A stretch of DNA of 52,952 bases, counting the filler, from Sphacelaria rigidula (taxonomy: Eukaryota), in the NCBI GenBank assembly GCA_964200075.2. It is 4 parts of 4 records of this genome, joined end to end, with 100 filler letters (N's around TTAATTAATTAA, not from the genome) between each part and the next. Parts side by side here need not be neighbours in the genome. Positions count along the whole stretch, not along the records: positions 13,265 to 26,428 come from CAXNAA020003105.1; positions 26,529 to 39,690 come from CAXNAA020003106.1; 2 more parts are not named here. One strand, written 5' to 3'. Positions 23,101 to 34,720 of the stretch are shown here, one piece after another (position 1 is the first letter of the stretch; each line of letters begins with the position of its first letter). The translations under genes were made by a program, and so were the position numbers. Below the pieces are notes generated by a model that worked only from the letters and a program-made list of their open reading frames with translations, had not been told where the DNA came from and did no database searches.

Positions 23101-25955
23101 AGCTTGGGAGTCTACGACTCGTCAACTTCGGCTCCAACAAGCTGAGGGGTGATATCCCATTGTCGCTCAGACACCTTGAGAGCCTACAAGGGCTTTACCC
23201 CGGCGTGAACCAGCTCAGCTTGGGAGTCTGCAACTTCTCAACTTTGGCTCAAACAAGCTGGGCGGCAAAATGTGGCGAAGCTTTTGCAGACTGCCAAGCT
23301 GTCTGTGCGCCGATGCGATCTCGCCGCTGAGCTGGTTCACGCCGAGGTGAAGCTTTCGGAGGCTCCCAAGCTGTCTGAGCGACGATGGGATCTCGCCGCT
23401 GAGTTTGTTGGAGCCGAAGGTGGCGAGTTGCAGTCTCCCAAGTTGAGCGGCGACAGCTTGGAAGTCTACGACTCAACATGGGCTCCAACAAGCTGAGGGG
23501 CGATATCCGATTGTCGCTCAGACACCTAGAAAGTTTGAAAGAGCGTCACCCCAGCTTGGGAGTCTGCAACTTCTCAACTTCGGCTCCAACAAGCTGGGCG
23601 ACAAAATTTGGCGAAGCTCTTGCAGACAGCCGAGCCGTCTGTGCGCTGATGCGATCTCGCCGCTGAGCTGATTCAAGCCGAGGTGAAGCTCTCGGAGGCT
23701 CCCAAGCTGTCTGTGCGACGATCGGTTCTCGCCGCTGAGTTTGTTGGAGCTGAAGTTGGCGGGTTGCATTCTCCCAAGCTGAGCGGCGACAGCTTGGAAG
23801 TCTGCACCTCGTCAACATGGGCTACAACAAGCTGAGCGGCGATATCCCACTGTCGCTCAGACACCTCTGAGAGTCTACAAGAGCTTCACCCCGGCGTGAA
23901 CCAGCTCAGCTCGGGAGTCTGCAACTCGCCAACTTCGGCTCCAAAAAGCTGAGCGGCAAAATGTGGCAAAGCTCTCGCGGATTTTTAAGCTATCCAAGCG
24001 ACGACAGGACCTCGCCGCTGAGCTGGTTTACACCGAGTTGAAGCTCTTGGAGGCGCCCAAGTTGTCTGAGCGACGATGGGATTTCGCCGCTAAGTTTGTT
24101 GGAGTCGAAATTGGCGAGTTGCAGAATCGCCGGCTGAGCGGCGACAGCTTGGGAGTCTGCGACTCGTCAACATCGGCTTCAACAAGGTCGGCGGCGAGCA
24201 CCCATCATCTCGCTCAGACACCTTGACAGCCCAGAAGAACTTCAGCTCGGCATGAACCAGCTCAGCGGAGGAATACCATCGTCGCTTGGACAGCATGGGA
24301 GTCTACGGAACTCTTACCTCTTCTCCACCGAGCTCGGCGGCATGATCATATCGTCGCTCAGACGGCTTGGGAGTCTGCAACTTGTCGAATTTGGGTCAAA
24401 GAAACTGAGGGGCGGTATCCCATCGTCGCTTACATACCTCGAGAGTCTGCAAGAGTTTCACCCAGGTGTGAATCAGCTCAGCTCGGGAGTCTGCAACTTC
24501 TCAACTTCGGCTTCAACAAGCTGAGCGGCAGGATGTGGCAAAGCTTTTGCAGATTGCCGAGCTGTCCGTGCGCCGATGGGACCTCGCCGCTGAGCTGGTT
24601 CACCCCGAGGTGAAGTTCTCGGGGGCTCCAAGGTTGTCCGAGCGACGATGGGATCTCGCCGCCGAGCTTGTTGAAGCCGAAGTTGGCGAGTTGCAGTCTC
24701 CCGAGCTCAGCAACGACAGCTTGGGAGCCTGCAACTTGTCAACTTTGACTCCATTAAGCTGAGCGGCGAAATCCCATCGTCGCTCAGATACCTTGAGAGC
24801 CTACGGGGCTTTCACCTCGGCAAAAACCAGCTCAGCTTGGGAGTTTGTAACTTCTCAACTTCGACTCCAACAAGCTGAGCGTCAACTTGCGGCTAGGCTC
24901 TTGCGGATTCCCAAGCTGTCCAAGCGACGACGGGACCTTGCCGCTGAGCTGGTTCACATCAACCTGATGTTCTTGACGGCTCCTAAGCTGTCTGAGCGAC
25001 AATGTGATCTCGCCGTTGAGTTTGTCGGAGCCGAAGTTGGCGAGTTGCAGAATCGCCAGCTGAGCGGCGACAGCTCGGGAGTCTGCGACCTAACATCATC
25101 GGCGCCAACAAGCTGAGCGGCGAGATCCCATCGTCTCGCTCAGACACCTCGAGAACCCACAAAGGCTCCAGCTCGGCGTAAACCAGCTCAGCGGAGAGAT
25201 ACCATCGTCGCTTGGACAGCTCGGGAGTATGCGAAACTTTACCCCTCCTTCAACAAGCTCAGCGGCGAGATCCCACCGTCTCCCCCAGATACCACGAGAG
25301 CCTACAAGAGCTTCACCCAGACGTGAGCCAGCTCAGCTTGAGAGTTTGCAACTTCTCAACTTCGGCTCCAACAAGCTGAGCGGCAAAATGTGGCAAACCT
25401 CTCGCACACCGCCAAGCTGTGTGTGCGCCGATGGAACCTCGCCGCTGAGCTGGTAGCACTGAGGTGAAGCTCTCGGACGCTCCCAAGCTGTCTGTGCGAC
25501 GATGAGATCTCTCCGCCGAGCTTATTGGAGCCGAAGTTGGCGAGTTGCAGTCTGCCGAGCTGAGCGACGACAGCTTGGGAGTCTGCAACTCGCCAACTTC
25601 GGCGCCAACAAGCTCAGCGGCGAGATACCATCGTCTCGCTCAGACATCTTGAGAACCTACAAGAGCTTCAACTCGGCGTAAACCAGCTCAGCTTGGGAGT
25701 CTGCAACTTTTAACTTCGGCTCCAACCAAGTAGAGCGGCAAAATGTGGCAATGCTACTGCAGACTACCGAGCTGTCTGAGCGCCGCTGAGCTGGTTCACC
25801 CCGAGGTGAAGCTCTCGGAGGCTCCCAAGCTGTCTGAGCGACGATGGGATTTCTCCGCCGAGCTTATTGGAGCCGAAGTTGGCGAGTTGCTGTTTCCCAA
25901 GCTGAGCGGCGACAGTTGGGAAGTCTGCAATTTGCCAACTTCGGCTCCAACAAGC
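13920..25955. repeat. Tandem array of ~34 LRR-derived inverted-repeat (hairpin) units, ~355-bp period
   Basis: The junction GTTGCAGTCTCCCAAGCTG-AGCGGCGA-CAGCTTGGGAGTCTGCAAC recurs with loops at about 14450, 14804, 15150, 15506, 15811, 16166, 16522, 16877, 17512, 17792, 18072, 18426, 18782, 19064, 19418, 19775, 20130, 20560, 20914, 21237, 21591, 21914, 22268, 22622, 23092, 23446, 23782, 24137, 24709, 25063, 25563 and 25905. Two further units have deletions near 14146 and 17170. Both strands translate into broken LxxLxLxxNxLSGEIPSSLGQL repeats. Confidence 0.95.
13920..25955 (+). ncRNA. Candidate polycistronic hairpin-RNA / miRNA-precursor cluster antisense to LRR genes
   Basis: Stems of ~120 bp with an 8-nt loop. 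Compensatory pairs are seen (G16160:C16179, T18064:A18087, A20525:T20602, T20545:A20582). Loop-proximal mismatches are mostly G:U on the + strand. There is no long ORF. Transcription itself is not shown. Confidence 0.6.
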
Positions 25956-26000
25956 TCTCGATGGTAATGTTGTATCGCAATAAATTTTGCGTTGTGTATA

Positions 26001-26175
26001 TCGATAGCCATCGCTGTAATCAATAGGTTTGGTGAGCCATCCATCGGTAGTCATTGCCGTTATCAATAGGCTTGGTGAGCCATCCATCGATAGCCATTGT
26101 CGACATCAATAGATGAAGTGAGTCATCGATCAATAGCTATTACCGCCATCAATAGATGAAGTGAGCCGTCTATCC
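26001..26175. repeat. 42-bp minisatellite, ~4 copies
   Basis: The unit GATAGCCATTG...ATCAATAG...GTGAGCCATCCATC is repeated just after the last LRR hairpin. Confidence 0.85.
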
Positions 26176-26428
26176 GTAGCATCTGCGGCCAAAAAAAAGC
26201 CTTTTCATTTTTCGGTTTTCACCAATATGGGCATTGCCGTGGGCAATCGCCAAAAACCGGTATACCGACGGTATTTTCGCCAACATCCGGTATAGCTCAC
26301 CCCCCCCCCTCAGAAAAGCTACTAATGCAGCCGCCTGATTGGCCACATCACTCCGCGTGCGCATTCTGGCGAAAACACACACGGTATACCTGTTTTGGGA
26401 AACTCAATTTGGCTTTCACCAGGTTTTC

Positions 26429-26528
26429 NNNNNNNNNNNNNNNNNNNNNNNNNNNNNNNNNNNNNNNNNNNNTTAATTAATTAANNNNNNNNNNNNNNNN
26501 NNNNNNNNNNNNNNNNNNNNNNNNNNNN
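26429..26528. other. Artificial contig-joining linker
   Basis: Same N44-TTAATTAATTAA-N44 structure. Confidence 0.98.
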
Positions 26529-28058
26529 CTTGAAGCGAATGATCAAAGCCACTCTCAATCGTATCATCTACTCTCAATCTCACGAAAACACTGTTTGTTT
26601 TAGCCTTGAACCTCATCTCGGAGTTGAACCTCAATTCGCACAATTGTTGTTATTTCGGTGATCGAAATCCAAATTTCTATGGCGTGTAGCAGTTGTCAAT
26701 AGCTATCAGTAGGTGAGCAAATGGAACCATATTTCGAAGAATTAGTGTGGATACGAAGAGTTTAATTCTCCGGGTTTCTCATCCCCAACATAAGATCGAT
26801 CCCCAATTTGTAAGATCCCGTGTTACGACGAGCGCCTCCCCGACATCGTCATGCGTGGAGAAATGGTCGGAGGGGAGAAAAAGACAGGCTAATTCAGGAA
26901 ACGCTTGCAACACCGTATTCCTGGGTACTACTTTATCTTCGGAATAGGCGCAACACGATGGACGCAAATTGCGCATAATGGTACCGGGTCGTAGTGGAAG
27001 GAGCTAAGAAGCGCATGGCGGATTGGACCAACGCGCGCCATGCAAATGAACTTTTTGCTGTGCCACTAGATTCCCACCGTGTCTATCGAATATCGCCGAA
27101 ACATGACGAGTAGCCCATCAAGTAGTATACTCGCTCGTGTGTCTGCCGTCTTCCTGAAAACTTTCGTGTTTCTCTCCTTGGGTACCTGGGGATCTTGTTT
27201 GATCTTCGCTCGGTCTCCATTCCGTTTCTTTACTCCTTCGATAGACCTGATTTGTTTGTTTAACCACACCCCGCCCAACCCGGGAGGGGGGGGGGGTGAT
27301 CTTTCGTTTCCTTGATGCCCATCTCTTCTTATTGATTTATATTTTTTTCGCGTTTTTCCCGAAGTCTCAGACGAAGCCGCTCGATGGTCGCTTCTATCTC
27401 ATGCAAAGGAGAGTGGTTAGGGTACTGGAAAGGCGAGAGCCTATGTCTGTGGCCACGGATTCGAGAGATCTCTTTGTTGTCTACTTGCGAGTATCCGGAG
27501 AACCTGGTTTCCAATGAGAACCAGGAAGGTTCAAAGGTTCTCAATTGTGCCGCACGCCTTCTGTGTTGCGCCGCTTTATGCCGTCAAGGTGTCAAATGCT
27601 CGGTGACAGGAGACGCCATACCTGCGTATCACTGGACGTCTGCGACACCTTTACATTCGCATGAGGTTTCTCCGTATCTAGCTGTGAGGTGAAAGCTAGA
27701 AACACTATTTATGACATTGCAATGCACGCCTTGGAACTGGACTGGTAGCGCACAGCACAGGCAGCAGTTGCACTCGCCGCCCAGCAGAGCAAGAAGTCCA
27801 GTACAGTACCCCAGTGGACCGACAAACTAGGACAGCAGTAGCGCCAAACGGCACCCAATAGTAGGGCAAGGGACAGCAGCACACTGCATTGTATTGAACC
27901 AGTGCGCACCTTCGAATAGAGCGTGGAAAGATACTCTCATCATGGTGAAACCAGCGCGGCGACTAAAAGGCGAGGTTCGCTTTCATGCACCCATCACAGA
28001 GTTTCAGCACAAGCCTCGCCGCGAAGCAGACTCGCGGTGTAGATCTGAAGGCATCAAG

Positions 28059-29530
28059 ATGCAAAATCCGTGGTCGCGCACGCTAAACCGATGGGTGATA
28101 TTCACGACAGTTTCTTATCTAGCGTTATTGACGGCGATGCTGGCGTGGATAAGCACTTGGGCACTGGAATCAGCGCAGCAAGATAGTCGTGGGGCGGAGT
28201 ACGACCGCAGGGCGCAGCTAGGACTTGTGAAAGAGTCGGGCCCATTGAACCGGTACTTCGACACGCCGGGTGATTGTGTGAGCGGTACGCCGGCAGAGGT
28301 GAGACAGCAAGTACGGGGGAGTAAATCACGCACACTAGTGTGATGTTCACATACGATGATACGGTAGAATCTGGTTGCTTCGTTGTGGGACATAGCTACA
28401 ATTGAACGTAGTGGGGTAAATTGTCCCGAAACGACCATTGTCACCTTGCTTCTTGTGCACCACAGTAGTCAACGTTTGAAAGCTGGATTTACCTCCCCGT
28501 TTTTTTGTGCAGACGACTTCTCATCTTCGTTCGATAGTTCAAGGATCGGTAGACATGAGTAGGGCACGTAGATTCTTCACAATATACATTTCCCAATTTC
28601 GTGTTGTCAAGGCAATTCTGAGCAAAGGCTCATATTTCTGAGGCTGGTGTTGTTGACCGTAATTTGGTCCGATGAAAACGATTTTCTGGCTGTAGCGCGA
28701 TGAACAGTAATACTTGAAAAAACTAGCAAGAGTTGGAAGAACTATATCACAGAATTGTTCATCGGAACGATTGAGATTGGTTTGGACATGCGAAAATATC
28801 TCAGAACGAGAGCCTGGGGCTACATCGGATGCTTGCAGATCTACCGCTGACCTGTTAGCATTGGAGTGCCTAAAAATGACCATCGAAACGATTTGCACGT
28901 CTATTACACCATCTCTTCCGGGAGCCGTTCAAAATATTATTTCTGAGAACTTTGAACGCGTTTTTTTGCTCGCCATGATTCGAAGGGAGACAAAAAAAAA
29001 CACTCTTATGGCAAGAAATTGAAGTTGCACATGCATTAAGTTGGCGCGATCTAGGAGTTGTGCACCTGTACCACAGCACCCAAAGAAGGCATAGTAGAGG
29101 TGGGCACCTGTGAAAAGAAAACCGGTTAAAACCGGTTTTTGGAAACCCCAGTAGACGTCAACCGGTTACGGTTCTGAAAAAAAACGGAGTTTTTTTTGCC
29201 GGTTAAATCGGATTCCCGGTGAACCGGTTCGTGAACCGGTTCAACCGGCAAAAGGAGGTGTTATTATGACGGTTAAACCTGTTTTTAAGGTAGAAATCAC
29301 CGCAAATCGTTACGGTAGGCAGCTTACGCTGACCTTGGGACGCAGGTCATCCTGGAGATCAGCAACGGTATTTCCGTAGCCGCAATGAACAGGTACGTAT
29401 ACTTGAGGATTGAGGGGGGGGGGGGGGGGGGGGGGGGGGGAAAAAAAGTGGGACGAGCCGGGGGAAGGTTTGATGGGGTTTTAGTGGAAAAGAGACAGAA
29501 CACAATACNNNNNNNNNNGGGGGGGGGGGT

Positions 29531-29578
<48 letters not shown>

Positions 29579-32500
29579 CGTGGTGTAAAGATCATGCGAT
29601 CGACCGCGGTGAAGGTTCATGTGTCTGCTGCTGAAATTCAACTGAACAGACTTCACGATCCAGAACCAACACTATTAGCGGGCTGGATAAGTTGGAAATG
29701 TCTTGAAAACGTGGTGCATTCACGTCCTCCGTAATCTCAAGTTGAGCAATCCAAAATCGGCATTTGTGGTACAACGTAGGCTACCTGTGCGGAGGTGGTC
29801 ATGCGTCCGGCAACACGTGTATGTCCTTTTTGTTTAGTACTACCATTGGAGCTTTTTTTTCAAGGCTGAATGCTAGATGCAGCAGAGTACGCCCAGTTGG
29901 GTTATCATATATTGAAAAAATAAGGGTTCTCGGCAATGATCGCTGATACGCTTGTCAGGCTACTGAACAGCTATAATCGCCATTTCAACGGCAGTGTACT
30001 TACTGTACAGTGCCGTGCTGTGTCTACTGCACTGTGCTGTACGCGTTGCGCAGACTATGCGGTGCTGCGAACTTCCAAGTACATGTGGTGTTGCAGACCA
30101 CGAAGCAGCCACGCTGCGTCGGTTCTTCTCACAATAGGAAGTGCTTTTTTTTTGTCTGTTTGGCTCGAAGAATAGGAGCGTCAATGACGGAAATTTCTTG
30201 AGCAACGTACTCGTACTCCCAGACGTGTTTATCTTCAAGTTGCGTTGCGAGGTAGGTCGAGTACATTTTGGGAGCTTACAGGTTACTCCATCATACTAAC
30301 ACAGGGCTTGTTTCATAAATAAAAAATTGCTGTGTCTGTAAAAATCATTTTAGCAAAAAACCCAACAATCGTACGAAGCTTGTTTACCTGTTTGAGCCCA
30401 AGGACACCTGATGACAGAAACCGGTCTTTGCTGGCTCGTCGTTAGCCGAGAGACGACGAAGAAAACCAAGATCAACCACGCACAATATCGAACCGTGCAG
30501 TCCATGTAAGTCAGTACTACAGGAGCAAATCACAGTAGCAAATCACAGCACAGCACGGCACGGCATAGCAGCGCAAGGCATAATTGAGTGCAGTCCTTTT
30601 TTTTGTCCACCTGTAGCTAAGCCTGTATCCGACAGGCGTGACCCCCAGCTTGATTTCAGTACGGCAGCCACGTGTCTTGAAAAGGTACTCGTGAGTCAAG
30701 CCAGTAACAACGGTACAAAATAGCACAGTACAGTACAGTCAGAATGTATGCGGAGAGATGTGCTGCTCCCCAATCCACGTTCACATCCATTTTGTGTGCG
30801 GCAGTTGCTGGCGGCTTGTTCCCCCGATCACGCTGCTGCCAGCCGTTGCTGGAGAGGGTGCGGGGGAGTGGCTGACTCTGCCATTACTTTGCAGTGAAGC
30901 CGTTGCGCGATGGCGGTCACCCTGATCTCCCAGCTGCTTGTTTGTGTTTGTACGTGGGACGGATTGGCGTTGATTTATGCCGACGGACAAGGGTTTGTAA
31001 ACGCGGGGTATGTTAGGACTTACCCGTACTCTGAAACCAAATCATTCATCGATACCTCTCCGGAAGTATTATCCGGGTAATCAAATACCCGGAAGGACCC
31101 CGATCGTCTAAACACTACATCCCTGTCTTCCTGGCCTTTGTTACAACTACTTGATTTTCAGTGGAGGATAGGTATTGCAAAGTCATTGCCTCGGCACACT
31201 CTTTCTTCATAAATGGGAAAAGCTTCCACACCTGCAGTGACTACGACTATAAATCGTGGGGCTCGCAGTCGTCGAAATGGTCGTCACCATTTCCCGAATT
31301 CAGTCGTAGGATCCGAATCTTAATCGTCGCCATTTTTTCCGAATGTAGTCGTAGGAGTCGACTCTCGGTCATCGTCATGTTCCGAATGTAGTCGGAGGAG
31401 TCGACTCTTGGTCGTGGTCATATTTCGAATTCAGTCATACGCGTGGCGAATCACGACGGTAGGGTCGGTGAGCATTTGAAACCTCATGGGTCGTAGTCAC
31501 GTTGAAAATGATAGCACCTTGTGCCCAGGGTAACCTTTGATATATATGTTGTTGTACTGTTGCAGTGTGTCTGTCGCATCTACCAATGTATTCGATTTCG
31601 TGGGCTTTCGTGGCGGGCTGTTACATCTGTTTTTTCTTTTTCTTTTTCATCTCGCCCAGAACCACGTCGAACCCTTGGTACTGGTCGCGGTCGTCGGATA
31701 ACATGCTGTCTTTTCGCTGATGTTATGGAACTTCGCGTGTGAACGACTCGTCGCGTCTCCGCCGCAGATCTCGGAGGTGGAAGAAATGCTGAGACCCCTT
31801 TCCGAGAAATGTTTCACCTATCGGTCAGTCCGACGACTCGGAGTCCCCGTACCCCCGACAGTGGGTCAGACGTTCCAGTGGTGCTATAACAACACAGCGA
31901 CCCTGCACTGGCACGAGGCTCCCACGAGGCACGGCAGAGGACACCGGAAGGTACAGGGGAAAGAACCCTTTGACCTCGGGACCCCCGTCACAATACCTTT
32001 CGTTGCTGCCTTGACGATAGAGACCAAATTGCTGTGATCCCTCTCTCGAAATGTCCATTATTGCCTACTTGTTGATGGAGGCTAAGTTACTGCGACATAT
32101 AGCACGCCTTCTTGTTTGAAAGAGGGGATATTTTGAGCGTTGTGCAGAAGTTAGTGTATCAAGGGCCCTTGTTGCAGTCCAATGCTTGATACTCTCGCGG
32201 CAGTGTTAGGGATATACCTAGAGCATGGTTCTGGTGTCACGCTGCACATCTGTCCGTTCTGCCTGTCTCAGCTGTGTTGTGTTGTATTCGTTCAGGGAGC
32301 GTGCCATCGCTATCCACTCCCACATAGTCCGCACTGCCTCTCTATGTGTTCAACGGCAGTCAGTCTTTTTCCGTGTGTACCTTCCTTGCACGTGACAAAG
32401 GGCAGATGGCGGAGGCCGCGCAGCAACATTTTTCTTCTGTGTGCATGAGTGGTCGTTAAAAACTGATAAGATTTAGCATCGCTGCGAGATGCGCAATAAT

Positions 32501-34720
32501 AAGTCATTGGTCGGGAAACATGATATGAGTTTCGACTCGTGGTGTGCTCGCCTCGCTTGTTCCCACGCACCGTTCTGTAGATCCTTTTCGTGTATGCCAT
32601 GTCTCCATCAAAAAGGCACACCCTCCCATGTCCACCCGCGGGACAGTCACCGAAGCAGCTGCTCCGAGACGATGGTCGCGGTCAGAGGGTTGACCTTGGG
32701 ATCACCAAGCCGTTTCGATCTGCTCGTTCGCGATCCTTTTATAATGAGGCATAATTTGTCATACTCAGATGTCCATCTGCGGCCGTTCGAACGCCAAGGT
32801 TCATAAGTGTGAATACTTCGGTGTGGATACAGGCAGTAGCGCGCAAGACGAAATAGCTGTAATCTATCTGTGCGACTCTGTCCCGGCGTGGATGCACTAT
32901 TTCAAGACTAGGGCAAGCAATGCCCTTGATCTGCCGCAACGCTTTGGGTGCGATCTATCGTAGTGGATGACACAGTCTACTGGGGTAACCTCATATCTGT
33001 ACCTATCTCTCTCTCTTTTTCTATTTCGAATCTTGGCGTATTAGGAGCTAGACTTGGGAACGCGAACCAACCTTGCAATCCATCGCTTCGGCTCCAAGGC
33101 ACCAGAGGAGACCTCGAGAACAGGTGGCGGCAGTAATGACGACGATGACTACGCCGACTTCTACGACGACGAAAATTTTGGAGCGCTCGCAGCTGTAACG
33201 GAATACTTTTCCGGGGGCAGTCTATGCGAAGCAGCCGAGGGAGAATCCGAGGGAGGAGGAAGCAGCAATACATGGGGTGTGGTACGTTGCACACTTCTGT
33301 TGAGCCGCGCCACCATACGGGGTTGCACATTTGGGCCTAGATGTTCATCAATTGACGAGGCTCCTACAGTTAAGAGCTACAAAAGAATACGGATCAGAGC
33401 ATGTCCGTTTGAAGATTCATTCGAGATGTTTTTAGCCCATTGGAGTGGTAATCGTCGCGCGCTCTCACGTGTTTTCACGAAGTCGTTTTTGGGATGAGGT
33501 GAAAGGACTCGTGAAAACACAAAGCTGAGAAAGACTTTTGTTCATTCCTACCGGGGCATACTCAAGGTTATAGACTCTGTGTCCGGCCTTGTCGTTTTCG
33601 ATCTATCTATCTATTTATCTATTTATCTATCTACGATCTTGTGTGGTTCACTGCGTTGTTCCGCGTTTGGGGGAGACGCGGCGCATAGTCGACGCCACGT
33701 TGTGAGGCGGTTGATTATACCGTAATGCTCGTTCCGATGGCGGTGTGATTATTTGGCATCCCTGATGTTCCGAGTATAATTCTTACCTAGGTAGGTCTCT
33801 CGTTATTACTGTAGTCCTCACGCAGGGTTTAGTTTTGATTTCTGCGCTTTCGAAATGCAGGGGTGTTGCCGTGTCTGCACGTGGCGATCGTTCTTCGAAT
33901 TCCGGCTAGGGTATGCCTTCGCCAGGCTGCGAGCAGTATACCCCCCCAGCCGTGTGCGCCTTGGTGAGGCGTTGCAGTAAGTGCCTCTCATCACAAGTCA
34001 ATCCTTTTTGTTGCTGCTGTATGCACGCAGCATATTGCACACTCGCCACGCTCGCATGCGCCGTGGCTTCCGTTTTACTGCTCCTGGGTTGCAATGCAAG
34101 TAGCATTTTATCGGAGGCTTAAGCGATGCTACAGTAGGGGTGCACAAATATTTTCTGCGGTTAGAATCGTTAGGAGCCCTTCATCTCGTCCAAACACGAC
34201 TTATGAAATATGTGAGAGTACGCCAGGATCACTATTCCAATGTGTGTTGAGCATATCCCGAATGAATTTGCAAACGGGGATGCCCTGACCCATATTCTTG
34301 TGCATCTACAATCGCTAGGGACCCCTGAATGAACCAGACAAGATATTGGGCAAAAATTGCACCCCTACCGTGGCATTGCTCGTTCAGAATACTCTTCTGA
34401 AAATAGACTCATCGTCAGACGCCATACCCCATGATGCTTCAATGAAGATATCTCTTGGGGTTGCGTCGGCACTCACAACGAGAGCCCCCTTCCGTGTCCC
34501 CACCTTGCTCCACCGGCCACGATGCCGTTCCCGGCCTTCCGCTTCGCCTTCCCATGGAACAAAAAAAGACGGTGAGATTGTGGTCTTGCAAAAAACACAG
34601 TGAGAGGGTGCTGAGAGAAGCCGGCGGTGCAGCAATCGTGAACTTCGAGGAGGATAGGACCGGGCGCGCGTGTAACTATGCCGCTGATGTCTGCACGTAT
34701 CTTCTGAGCCCGACTGAGGT
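28059..34720 (+). CDS. Multi-exon gene with an N-terminal hydrophobic/TM segment and an OS-9/ERLEC1/PRKCSH-type MRH lectin-like domain (approximate model, 3' end uncertain)
   Basis: Splice-bounded exons: 28059-28298 (MQNPWSRTLNRWVIFTTVSYLALLTAMLAWI...), 31768-31950 (ISEVEEMLRPLSEKCFTY...TFQWCYNNTATLHWH), 33045-33281 (ELDLG...TEYFSGGSLCE) and ~34601-34720 (AIVNFEEDRTGRACNYAADVCTYLL). The last three follow the MRH C-F/W-C-Y, G..C and E...C.Y...V pattern. Small candidate exons lie near 28513, 30171 and 30403. Linking exon 1 to the MRH exons is inferred. Confidence 0.5.
29095..29320 (+). mobile_element. Probable DNA-transposon (hAT-like) terminus with AACCGGTT subterminal repeats
   Basis: Starts TAGAGGTGGGC and is followed by many (A)ACCGG(TT) motifs. 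No partner end was found. Confidence 0.45.
29413..29577. repeat. Poly-G tracts with a 10-N gap
   Basis: Homopolymer runs, with N at 29509-29518. Confidence 0.95.
31237..31500. mobile_element. Small MITE-like element
   Basis: 11-bp terminal inverted repeat GTGACTACGAC/GTCGTAGTCAC with internal tandem CGAAT.TAGTCGTAGGAGTCGACTCT units. Confidence 0.5.
33600..33633. repeat. (ATCT)n microsatellite
   Basis: Directly visible. Confidence 0.85.

Noticed and set aside
13920-25955. A functional LRR protein gene or the many short ORFs in the array
   Set aside because: LRR frames switch strand every ~175 bp and carry frequent frameshifts and stops. I saw no regular intron/exon structure that would rescue a protein.
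13920-25955. CRISPR array
   Set aside because: There are no unique spacers, the units are ~355 bp and homologous throughout, no cas genes are present, and the context is eukaryotic.
29324-29656. Proline-rich or glycine-rich ORFs
   Set aside because: These are translations of poly-G homopolymers spanning an N gap.
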